A stretch of 63,037 bases of DNA, counting the filler. It is 5 parts of 5 records of this genome, joined end to end, with 100 filler letters (N's around TTAATTAATTAA, not from the genome) between each part and the next. Parts side by side here need not be neighbours in the genome. Positions count along the whole stretch, not along the records: positions 23,152 to 32,011 come from DRR723986_9212; positions 32,112 to 63,037 come from DRR723986_9216; 3 more parts are not named here. One strand, 5' to 3'. The position numbers were made by a program, and so were the translations under genes. This document shows, piece after piece, positions 30,985 through 42,531 of the stretch (positions are counted from its first letter, which is position 1; every line of letters begins with the position of its first letter). The notes under the pieces are model-generated. The model did no database searches, was not told the origin of the DNA, and saw only the letters and a program-made list of their open reading frames with translations.

Positions 30985-31824
30985 CTAGAGACGGTCCGCG
31001 CCAAACGTATCGCAATCCTCGACCCGCCCCGAGGCGCGCCCGCTCTGGAACCAGCGCATCCGTTGCGCCGAGGTGCCATGGGTGAACGTGTGCGGATTTG
31101 GCTGGCGACCGGCGCGGGCCTGAAGATAGTCATCCCCGATCCGTTCTGCGGCGTTCAGCGCCTCTTCCACATCGCCGGTCTCCAGCAGGTCCGACACGTG
31201 ATAAGCCCAGACCCCGGACAGGCAGTCGGCCTGAAGCTCCACCCGCACCTGAAGTGCGTTCGACTCGCGTTCGGTTGCGCTGGCGCGAAGCTGGTGGACC
31301 TGCCCCAGAATGCCAAGCTCGTTCTGAACGTGATGGGCGACCTCATGCGCGATCACATAGGCGGCGGCAAAATCGCCCCCTGCGCCCAAGCGGTCCGTCA
31401 TGAAGCCAAAAAACGCGGTGTCCAGATAGGCGCGCCGGTCTGCCGGGCAATAGAACGGCCCCGATGACCCTGATGCTCCGCCGCAGCCGCTTTGCGTCAC
31501 TTCGCTGAACAGCACCAGTTGCGGTTGGGTGTAACTGCGCCCGAGCTGATCTGGGAACACGTCGGTCCAGACGGTTTCGGTCGTCGTCAGAACCCGCGCA
31601 ACGAAATCGCCAGCCTGCTCTTCGGCCTCGGTCAACTCTCGCGGCTCTGACGACTGCTGTGATGGTGCCGCCTGATCCAGCAACCCGGTCACATCCACCC
31701 CGGTGAAATATCCGATGGCCAGCACCACCAGCAGACCCACGCCACCGATACCGCCGACCGCGCGGCCACCACCGCCGCGCCGGTCGACCACGTTGCGACT
31801 GCGGTTCACGTGTCGAAGGCGCAT
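30985..31824 (-). CDS. YpfJ-like neutral zinc metallopeptidase
   Basis: RS.NV.DRR N-terminus, GPFYCPAD, HEVAHH (HExxH), ELQADC, FTHGTS.QR. Confidence 0.88.
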   Translation of the reverse strand: MRLRHVNRSRNVVDRRGGGGRAVGGIGGVGLLVVLAIGYFTGVDVTGLLDQAAPSQQSSEPRELTEAEEQAGDFVARVLTTTETVWTDVFPDQLGRSYTQPQLVLFSEVTQSGCGGASGSSGPFYCPADRRAYLDTAFFGFMTDRLGAGGDFAAAYVIAHEVAHHVQNELGILGQVHQLRASATERESNALQVRVELQADCLSGVWAYHVSDLLETGDVEEALNAAERIGDDYLQARAGRQPNPHTFTHGTSAQRMRWFQSGRASGRVEDCDTFGADRL

Positions 31825-31930
31825 GGGATATCTCCTGTCTGAAATACTGCCGGGCAGTTTAACGCCAAGGCGCGCAATCGGGAAAGCCCTGCCCTTGCGA
31901 AATGCGAACAGATCGCCTACATCCCTCTGC

Positions 31931-32011
31931 GAGAGGTTGGCGCGGGCAGGCGCCTCGCCAACCTGGTCAGGACCGGAAGGTAGCAGCCACAACGAGCCCC
32001 GCTTGGGTCGA
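31931..32011 (+). ncRNA. ffs: Small signal recognition particle RNA (4.5S), 3'-truncated
   Basis: Helix-8 motif GGTCAGGACCGGAAGGTAGCAGCC. Confidence 0.9.
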
Positions 32012-32111
32012 NNNNNNNNNNNNNNNNNNNNNNNNNNNNNNNNNNNNNNNNNNNNTTAATTAATTAANNNNNNNNNNNNNNNNNNNNNNNNNNNNNNNNN
32101 NNNNNNNNNNN
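32012..32111. other. Artificial contig spacer
   Basis: N block with TTAATTAATTAA. Confidence 0.99.
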
Positions 32112-32200
32112 CTTGACCCCCTTTCGCGAGGCTTAGGGCGATGAGGGCGAGACTTATGGCAATTGGCGTGTTTTCGTAAACGAAAAGCAGCCATTGGGAT

Positions 32201-34147
32201 TTAGAGACATAAACTTAGTGCAGCGGAATGGGTGAGGGTAAAGATGAAAGCTGGGTCAGCGAAAAAGAAAAAAAATAATGTGAAAAAAAATGTAAATCCT
32301 AATACAATAGCATTTTGTTTGCTAATTTGTTCGTGCTGCGTTCATTCATCTTGTCCACGAGAGGAATGAAAATAAATGATTTTAACAAGACGTATCGAGT
32401 AAAATGCGCCAATAACGCTACAAAGAATTCCCATCAGAGCTAAAAAATACATGGATTCCTCAACAGCTGCTAAAAAAACATTTAATTTCCCGTAGAAACC
32501 TGCCAAAGGCGGTATTCCAGCGTTGGAGAAAAAAATAGCGACCAATGTCGCGGCCAGGATAGGATTGGCTTCCGCTAAGAAACGCAAATCACTGATGTAT
32601 TTCAGACTTGTGTCTCTTTTTGTTCCGGGTAGCTTCATTTTGTGGCCGTCATTCATGTTGGAGCCTGAAACACGAGTCCCACCAAAAGCGGGGGCCATAG
32701 TTGGTGTCACAATTCTTGCTCCACCCTCTTTTGGCAGTGGCTTCAATGAGGGCAGGTCAGAGAAGGCAGAGTCTGAGAGCGGGTTTCATAATGGATAACT
32801 GGCTTTTAAATGTCGGTGTCCCGCCTCGGCGAAGCCGGCATTCGGCGCCATTTTGTAAATGGAACCCCACGGGGCAATTGAGGAACGGAATGAAGAATTT
32901 GCAGCGACTTGCTCTCTTGCAAGGCTTGGCGTCTGAGCCGCGGACGCAAAGTGCGGATGAACTTCATGTCGCGGTGTAGCGAGGATAACAGCAAAAACGT
33001 TTATGATCATAAAAATGTACACAATGATATAAATTAAGAGAGATTCAACAGCTTCGATGGTTCCAGTTGCTAATCCGAGAAGCATGTATCCGATGTGCGC
33101 GATGGAACTGTAAGCAAATAAACGTTTTATTTTAGTCTGGTTGATTGCACCAAACGTTCCAATAAACATAGACAGAATGGAACAAATTGCTATAGGCTGT
33201 TGCCAAAGCTCGATAAAGTCATAGAAGGTGTAAAGACAAAGACGTAATAATAAAGCCAGGATAGCAATTTTAGGGGTTATTGCAAAAAAGGCTGTTACAG
33301 ATGTTGGAGCGCCCTCATAAACATCTGGAGCCCACATGTGAAAAGGCACAGCGCTGATTTTAAATAAAAATGCAACAAGTAAAAAGATTAACCCCACTTG
33401 TACGATAAGGGTGCTATCGTGTGACTGTTGAAAAAGCGAAACAGAATCTCACGGCAGAGCTGAACCATCTGCGGATGTAACAGGAGTGTACGAACAAGCG
33501 TTTTGTGATGTTGCACAAGAAAACAATTTTGTAAGTTCTTCAAAATTCGTAATACCTGTTAAACCGTAGATAATAGATTCACCAAAAAGCAGAAGTCCAG
33601 ACGAAAGCGCGCCTAAAATAAAGTATTTTAAACCCGCTTCTGTCGAAAACTCATTATCCCGGCGAAAAGCAGCGAGAACGTAAAAAGAAAGACTTTGTAA
33701 TTCAATTGCAAGATACATGCTGATGAGATCATAAGAAGACGTAATGAGTAACATACTCAACGTAGAAAAAAGTATTAAAATTGTGTACTCATAAGAGTAC
33801 ATTTTTTGATTTCGAAGATTGTCCAGAGAGATAAGGACAGATGCTAATGCACTTAATGCGACGATAGTTTTAACGACGAAAGAAAAGTCATCTGTAATAA
33901 GAACATTATGGAAAGCGACAACAGTTGCGTGTGGCTGGCAGATATTCCAGTTAACAAGAAGTAGAATTACGATAAATAAAGTTTGAATACCAAGTCAACC
34001 TGTCAAATTAATTAAAATGGGATATCTGTGGCGCGCAGATGGGTTATAAATAACAGCGTAAAGTAAGATACACATGATAGCTACCACAAAAAATATTTCG
34101 GGAAAAAATGCCTTGAAATGGTTTTGAAAAATGTCAATCTGATTCAT
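32201..34147 (-). CDS. nad2: NADH dehydrogenase subunit 2 (648 aa, with in-frame insertions)
   Basis: Four listed ORFs join in frame across TGA; STEAGLKYFILGA, FK...VPFHMWAPDVYEG, AGIPPLAGF; TAA at 32201-32203. Confidence 0.93.
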
Positions 34148-34399
34148 AACGGTATTAAGCGTGAATGGCCGAGGTTGGGGGCTTGACGGCGCGAAGGGGA
34201 AGCAAGTAGGGCACAATGGGACAAAAGAGGGCAGATAGCGGGATGGTGGCACAACAGGGGAATGTAAGGTTCTGCGACGACGGCTGCTGCGACGAACTTT
34301 GTTCAAGGAGGGGCGAACAGTCGGAACAGGATGCCAAAGTGCTAACCACCGAAAACAGAGGTTGTAAGGAAAAAACACAGCGAGGGATTGAACAAAAAG

Positions 34400-34945
34400 T
34401 TAAATTCTTCGTTTTCTAGGTGGTCTGCAGCCGTTGTGGGGAATAGGCACTCGATTTTGGAAATACACGACGGTAAGTTTCTTTCCCTGGCGCTTAAGCT
34501 CTCTAAGGTATGGTAAAGATTTCGGAGTGTAACCCTTAACAATGATTTTAACACAATCAAAGTTATTTCGGATAAAGTAGCTAATTTTCTCAATTATTCA
34601 TCGTGCAGCAGTTCGAGGTTGTTTTTTTCCCTTTCGCGAGGTTTGAGTGTTTACCCTTCGGCTCAAAAAAGGAAGTGAATTGGAAGAGGCGCGATTTGCT
34701 TTCCCCATTGGAGCTGAATTTGTACCACCACGAATAGAGCCTGCCGTGAATTTTATTATTGTCTGTCCTTCCGTATTGGTAACATTAACAAAGATATTCT
34801 TGTTGTTTTTTTTGAGGGTGGTGTGAATCACACAACAGTGCAGTGACGCTTGCGGCGTCCGAAGGTTTGCCTTTTTGGAGGTATGTTTTTCGAACGAAAA
34901 TGTTGTGGATTTAAGTGCATTGTTTTTTTTCAAGAGTGAGTTCAT
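34400..34945 (-). CDS. rps11: Ribosomal protein S11 (start uncertain)
   Basis: NIFVNVTNTEG.T....TAG and, after a TGA, C-terminal PIPHNGCRPPRKRRI*. Confidence 0.88.
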
Positions 34946-35636
34946 TTTTTGTAAGTGGTGAAGAGAGGAACAATTGTTGACAAAAGAAGTCACAAGCGCG
35001 CTCTTCGGCGAACGGCTTGCGGCGAAAAAGCGCCGTATACGAAGACAAGGTGCGAAGCGTAAATGGGTGGGTTCGAGATGTTTGTTCAAAACAAACGCAA
35101 AGACAGGGTTCTGGGTCTTGGGTATTGGGACACACACCGTAACGCAGAGGAACGGCGCGTGGTCTTTGTGTGAGTCGGAGGTTGTGGTTTTCGTGTTCTA
35201 AGGTACAAATTTAGAACCTCACACATGTAGCGCGTCAAAAAAAGGTAGGTGCAGAAGATAGATGCCGACACCTTTGATGGACGCGCTCTCTGTTATCCGA
35301 TGCGGGTTCTAAGATCTCAAGAAAATAGCGTGATGAAAAGGGTCTCAACGGCCAATAAAGGCGACGAAGCCGAAGGCACCGAAGGGCACAAGAGGATGTA
35401 CGGTTAAGTCCGAAACAAAAAAGCAGCGGGATTGAATTGCCATAGCGAATGAAGCCCACCCAATTCGAAGACAAAGCAAAAGGACGAGAAACCGACCTGT
35501 GTTTGAACTCGAAGGTTCGACGCCCCTGTGGTTCCAATTCAGTTCAGGCTAGAACAGCTTGCGGGTTCCTTTCAGCAGGGACATTGTCGTCAAATCAGGC
35601 GGCGGAGTTGTTGTAACGGGGGTCAGCGGTCTATCC

Positions 35637-36941
35637 TTACGCAGACGGAGACACACTGAAGGTAGATAATAAGTTGAAAACTTGGTCTGTAGCTTTTAGA
35701 TTTTTTTTGGTTAGAATATCATATTTCACTGCGATTCTAATTAGCAAGAAAGATAAATTTTCAAGGTAAGAGGTTTTTGCTTCAGATTGGAAATTTCAGT
35801 ATGTTGTCATATGATCCAAGTTTTGAAGCATTTCTCTTCTGATTAAATATTCTTGACTTTCTAATTTTTGTTTCGCCTGTGCAGTGGAGTTTGTTCCTAA
35901 GAGAGAATTCTCCACAGTAGCAAATAAAACAAGAGAAAGGGTTGTAGTATTTATAGGGAAATTTTGTGGAGATGTTAAAAGATTTTTGTTTTTTAGTCCG
36001 AATAGCAGGTTAGGTACAACTTGATATTCATAGAAACGAATCTGTTTTGGAGTTATTCTTTCTCGGATACCGTTGAAAAGAACGATAACTTGAACTTCAC
36101 TTGACAGAGGTCTGTATTGTTGTTGCTTCAGCATTTCAGTAAGAGCGGCTCCTCTACGCAGTAATTCTTGTGTAGATTCGTCGAAACCGAAAGATGAGAA
36201 CGCTGCCATTTCTCTGTATAAAGCCAAATCCAATTTCAGGGTACCGGACATTTTTTTCATTGCTGCAATTTGAGCGGCAGAACCAACACGGCTAACGGAT
36301 AAACCAACATTAATAGCAGGACGTACACCTTGGTAGAAAAGGGCGGTCTCTAAGAAGATTTGTCCATCTGTAATAGAAATAACGTTTGTAGGAATATACG
36401 CAGAAACGTCACCTTCTTGGGTTTCGATTACAGGTAGAGCTGTTAAAGTCCCACCCGAACGATATTGCTCATCTTTTAATTTAGCGGCACGCTCCAACAA
36501 ACGAGAGTGCAGGTAGAAAACATCTCCTGGATAAGCCTCTCTACCAGGAGGTCTTCTCAATAATAGAGACATTTGTCGATACGCTACAGCTTGTTTACTT
36601 AAATCATCATAAACAACCAGAGCGTGCATAAAGTTATCTCTAAAATATTCTCCCATTGTACAACCTGCGAACGGTGCGATGAATTGCAGCGGAGCGGAAT
36701 CAGAGGCTGTCGCGGCAACAATAATAGAGTGACTCAAGCTATAGTATTTTTTTAACACTTTAACCAATTGCGCAACAGTTGATCTTTTTTGCCCAACACA
36801 AATATAAATACAAAATAATTTTTCTTCGTTTTTTCTGTTATCAGATTGAAACGGGCTCTTGACAACACTTTGGTTAATCATTGCGTCTACAGCAACAGCA
36901 GTTTTACCTGTTTGTCTATCACCAATAATCAATTCCCGTTG
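35637..36941 (-). CDS. atp1: ATP synthase alpha subunit, exon 2
   Basis: Starts [37 protein letters not shown]; reads through TGA at 35796 to TAA at 35637. Confidence 0.93.
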
Positions 36942-38277
36942 CGTTTTATCCCAACCCACCCTTCTGCTGTGGGCTCCCGACGTGTGCGCGTGTTTGTTGG
37001 TCATCGATGCTGGACCAGAAATAAGACAGCGGCAAAACTGGGCCCCAATTTGGGAGGGACAAAATTGGACTATATCTTTAGTTTAGATTTATATCTCTAA
37101 GCCATATCACGTATAACAAAACCTTTTTCACTCGTGTCAAGATTTTGTGTGTTTTTCTGCCAAATGAGCTTTTATGTCTTTTAACTCAAAATACTTTTTT
37201 AAAAGGTGTAGCCGACGTCGTTTTTGAGTACTTTTCAAGGGATATGACTGTAGAATGTTGATAAAAGCATGAACGCTCGCTTTTTCTACAAATCAGTTTC
37301 ATTTTGGATGCATTGCGTGTTGTTCGTGACACAAATATCCAAACTTGAAGTATTTCTGAAAAATTTCAACATTTTGTTTATATTTGTTTGTGAATTTAAT
37401 TCCTACTTGATTTGCACCTCTTGAACCCAGTAAGCGCTCTGCCTTACCATAGTTTCCTTTTAGATTATGTAAAGTTTTGTCTTTTATTGAGATGGATAAT
37501 ACAATTGTACCATCAGCATCGAACAAGCCGGCATAATATGAAGGGCTTAACGCTGTAAGGTCTACACAAGGTTTCGCGTCGATTCCATAAAACACACAAG
37601 CAGCTTTAAACTGTGCTCTTCGGATGGTATTCTGTAAAAGTCCGTTAATTTCGTGAAGAATTCGTACAACAACGTCCTTTTTCCTACTGCGTCAACGTAC
37701 GGCTTTTGCATTAGATCGCGCTCTAACAGAGCCACCGTAATACTTTTTTATTTCGTATAAAACGCTTTCATCCTCCAAAGCTGTTGTAATTTCCATCGAG
37801 ACATGATCTTTGTAGACCAGAATACAACCGTCACCGTCCATAAATCCAGCAAATCACTGTATTCAGATGTGTTTCTCGGGGGCAGTTTGTGGCGTCATAT
37901 TTGATATATTTTTCAAGCGAGTCAAAAATCTAAACTAGAAGGCGTGTAGTCTCTGAGGAACCTACTAATTAAGTTTATGCCACACATAGCGACAACAATG
38001 CGGGCTAACTTTGGTTTCCTGCTGATTGCCCCTCCTTTGGCTGGCAAGAGGAATGGTTTCTTTCGTGCGTTTTCCAAAGGGAGTAAATAATTTTAACGGA
38101 CGAGGGACACGGTCATCTTTACAACAAGAATGTGCCACTAATACGCCGTATATTTACTATATATGTTTTGTGCGTTTCTCCGGACACACACACCGCGGAA
38201 GAGAAACATATACGAGTTTCCAGCAAATAGCCTTCTGCATTTTGTGTACGCATTTACGAACACAAAAGGGCCAAACG
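36942..38277 (-). mobile_element. Group I intron (IB-like) in atp1
   Basis: Splits IGRG|QRE; exon ends in U and intron ends in G; core motifs P TTGCTGGAAA (~38222), Q AATCAGCAGG (~38022), R TCAGAGACTACA (~37950), S AAGATATAGTCC (~37072). Confidence 0.93.
37089..37898 (-). CDS. Double-motif LAGLIDADG homing endonuclease/maturase (269 aa)
   Basis: With UGA=Trp: WFAGFMDGDGCI and YYAGLFDADGTI; lies between intron elements R and S. Confidence 0.9.
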
Positions 38278-38844
38278 ACCACGGCCAATTGGTACTAGAC
38301 TGTCAATAGCTTTAAGTCCAGTGATTACGGGCTCGTACACGGACTGTCTAGGGATAATACCTGGAGCTTTAATATCAATCGGTTTGAAGTCAGTTAGCTG
38401 TGCAGCTTCACCACCGTCTAAGAAAGTACCCAGTGGATCAACAACGCGTGACAAAAGTTCTTTACCTACTGGCACACTTAACAGTTGCCCGGTACATTTA
38501 ACGATATCATTTTCCTTAATTTCTCTATCGTTACCAAAAACAACAACACCAACTGTTTCTTTATCCAAGTTAAGTGCCATTCCTTTTTGCCCAGAAGGTG
38601 AAAACTCCACCATTTCTCCAGATTGTATTTTGTATAGTCCAGCTACATTTGCAATACCATCCCCGACGTTTATAACACGTCCTCTATAGTTATAGCTATT
38701 GTATTTTTCTAGAGATGTTTGTATAATTTTTTTCTTAAATAAATTTAAATGTACAATTTCACTCAAATGGTTTGATTTTCTACAAAAACAAAGCATCGCC
38801 TGTGTGAAATTTTTTGTTCCAACTGTTGCATAAGTATGAGACAT
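38278..38844 (-). CDS. atp1: ATP synthase alpha subunit, exon 1 (start uncertain)
   Basis: [43 protein letters not shown]. Confidence 0.92.
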
Positions 38845-40012
38845 AGTTTAGATCCCCAACTATCAAACTTTGTCGATCCCCTTGAAGCAGGCAAAAAGGG
38901 GAGCGAAAGACGAACCGGACATGGGGCGTATTCCAGCCGTCTTGTAAAATTTGCTCGTTCTCCTGCGTGCGCGGACGAAGTTGGGCAGAACTGAATTTAT
39001 AAACAGAATGGACAGGAACACCAACTTCGTCGAGGTGTGTTGAACAACTCCGCCTTCTGCCAGCGTCTTCTTCTTCTTGCAAGGACGACGACGAGGGGAA
39101 GAACCCAAAACCCAAAAAAGAAGGGCAATCGCGAACCGCCATCGCAACGAAAAAGGGCGGCGGAAGGCGCGTCCAGAGAAGCACGAGTTTTTATTTTTTT
39201 TTTTGTCTGAAATTTCCGGTCCGTGCCAGTTGTATGCATGAACTTGATCCGAGTCTGAAGCTGTTGTTGTTTCGACATTTCCGTGACTGTCGTCGAAGCA
39301 AACGAGGATTCGGAAGGGCAAAGACTGGGAAAGTGGGCTGAATGCTCCGTTCAGTTGAGACAACCAAGGCGGGACACAATCGCGGTTTCCTTTTGCTTTG
39401 GAAATTTGCGCGCGAGAACGAAGACGTAGACCCGCGAAAGTGGGGGCTCGGTGGCCCGCAACGGTTTTGTAGGGTTTCGGGCTTCGAAGGCAAAAGGAGC
39501 GGGTGTCCAATCGAAGATTTCATTCATTTACAAAAAAGAGGATGCTCGACCTCCAGCGGAAATGGCGGCTGCATCGACCTTCAGATGCGTCGACGAATTC
39601 AAACAAGGTCGGGCGTATTGAACTCGAACAAGTGTCGAACCTAAATTAGAACAGCATCTGACGAATAGGCGGCCTTTAGCCTGCCCCCGAAGGTGGGAAC
39701 GAGAGACACCGGACGAACTCATCTCTGCAGAAGCAACACCGTCTTTTGTTCGTAAAATTGTCGTCGCCTTGGTGGAAACCAAAAGCGAAAAAAATTCCTT
39801 TAGCAAGTATGGCTCTAGCGTGGGGCTTAGGCGTTTATGGCAAAGTTTGACTGCTCGGAACGTGGAAAAACCGGCATCGTCGCAGAAGGCTGTCATCAGG
39901 AGGGACGAAAGCCAGTCGCGAGAAGACACGCAGGCGAAAGCTGAAGAGATGCCCTCTGGCACTGGACAAGCAAAAAAGTTCAACGACGGATGAACCTGTG
40001 TTTCTTCGGGCA

Positions 40013-41194
40013 TTAACGGTCCACCTCTCCGAAAACGATATCTTGCGTACCTATTATCGTAACAACATCAGCGATCATATGACCTTTTGCCATCATATTT
40101 AAACCTTGTAAGTGGGCGAAACCTGGAGCTTTGATCTTACATCTGTACGGTTTATTTGTTCCGTTGGATACAAGGAATACACCGAATTCACCTTTCGGTG
40201 CTTCAATTGCGGTATAGGTTTCTCCAGAGTTGACAGATGTACCCTCACTATATAATTTAAAATGATGGATTAAAGATTCCATTGAAGATTTCATTTTTTT
40301 TCGTGATGGCGGAGTGATTTTATGATCGTCAAGTTTTATTTCGCCGGGAGGAAGAGCATTTAAACATTGAAGAATGATACTCACACTTTGACGCATCTCT
40401 TCCATCCGAATTAAATACCGATCATAACAATCTCCATTTTTACCGATAGGAATAGTGAAATCTAATTCATTATATACTTCATAAGGTTCCGATTTTCTTA
40501 GATCTCAAGCTAAACCAGAACCACGAACCATAACACCACTAAAAGATCAGCGGTGAACTTGATCTAGACTAACTACACCAATATCAACTAAGCGTTGTTT
40601 TCAAATACGATTTTCTGTTAATAACTCTTCAATTTCATCTAAACGTGCAGGAAATTGTGTAATAAATTCATAAATATCTTGACAAAGTCCCAGAGGCAAG
40701 TCTTCATGAACACCACCAGGCCTTATGTACGCGGCATGCATTCTAGCGCCCGAGACTCTTTCATAAAATTCCATTAGTTTTTCTCTTTCTTCGAAACCCC
40801 AAAGGAACGGAGTCATTGCCCCAACATCTAAAGCATGTGTTGTTATTGCTAATAAATGGTTCAAGATTCTCGTTAATTCGCTGAAAAGCACTCGTATATA
40901 TTGTGCCCTTGTAGGTACATTACACTTTAAAAGTTTTTCTACGGCAAGTGAGTAGCAATGTTCCTGCGCCATCATGGATACATAATCCAGACGATCAAAA
41001 TAAGGTAGTGCTTGAATATACGTTTTATATTCTATGAGTTTTTCGGTTCCACGATGCAGCAGGCCAATATGAGGATCCGCCCTTTCAACAACTTCCCCAT
41101 CTAATTCAAGGACCAATCTCAGAACCCCGTGCGCAGCCGGGTGTTGCGGACCAAAATTCATAGTAAAATTCTTACTTTTTTTAATAAGACGCAT
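40013..41194 (-). CDS. nad7: NADH dehydrogenase subunit 7 (393 aa)
   Basis: [41 protein letters not shown]; internal TGAs at Trp sites. Confidence 0.96.
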
Positions 41195-41413
41195 TTTGTC
41201 GGTTGTGCGGCCAATGGCCAACGTAAGTTTTTCGAAATTCTGTATGTTGTGTTGAAATATATATGATATTGGAGGGCGCGGTCGCAGAATCAAAGGGCGA
41301 ACCCGAAGACGTCGCGACTTGCGAAGGCGGCTCCGCGCTCTTAGGTGTGAGCAAAAATGAAGGGCGAAGCAAAACCTTTTGCAGGCACGCGCGGACATTT
41401 TGCCCGCCAAGAA

Positions 41414-41486
41414 AGGCCATAGATGGACTTGAACCATCATCACAGAATTTGCAATCCTATACATTAGCCGGTTATGTTATATGGCC
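41414..41486 (-). tRNA. trnC: tRNA-Cys(GCA)
   Basis: Acceptor GGCCATA/TATGGCC, U73, anticodon loop TTGCAAA, T-loop TTCAAGT. Confidence 0.93.
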
Positions 41487-41822
41487 CGATGTTGTTGTTA
41501 AAGAAGCAGCAGCAGCGGGTTTAAACGCTGTATGTCTGGAACAAAGTGTTTTCTTTTCCCAATCGTTGTGCGGCTTGCAAGAATTTTGCTTGCAAAAGCC
41601 TTCCTGCGGATTCCTAAAGGGATGCGATCAGAGGCTGTCATCAGTTCTTCTCCGACGTAGCTCTCAGCAAGAGGAGGTCGCATTGCGTAAAGTTTGTCCT
41701 GCGACTGCTCCGACGACGGGTTTTGCGCATCTTGTCCCACATGTCAGACTTTTGGGGGACATACGTTGAGATGAAGCAAAGTTTTGATGCGCGCCGCGAT
41801 GGTGGCGTTCTGGGAGTCTGTT

Positions 41823-42278
<456 letters not shown>

Positions 42279-42531
42279 TTAGGTAAGGGCAAAGGAAAGA
42301 CTTGATCAGTGTTGACACATGCCCATTGTGGGGTGTCAGCCGGATTACTTAAATAAGATTTCAATTGCGAGCCCCGCTTTCGCGGGGCGATGCACAAAGA
42401 GGCTGTAGCGGGAGCAAGGAGCCTCTTGGGGTTAAAAGACAGCAAGCATCGCGTGCTTTTTTTGTTCTTGCTGAACAAATTTGCCAGCGAAATGCTTTGC
42501 GTGCGTTAACCCAAAAGAGAGCATTCTCTCC

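Noticed and set aside
8923-32111. Recurrent TTAATTAATTAA within N runs as a biological repeat, and cross-spacer gene neighbourhoods (e.g. mitochondrial DNA inserted in a bacterium)
   Set aside because: Identical 100-nt synthetic linkers; genes are truncated at the junctions, so adjacency is meaningless.
35260-35365. Possible 5S rRNA between atp1 and rps11
   Set aside because: Ends can pair (CCTTT/AAAGG), but I could not identify the conserved 5S loop motifs.
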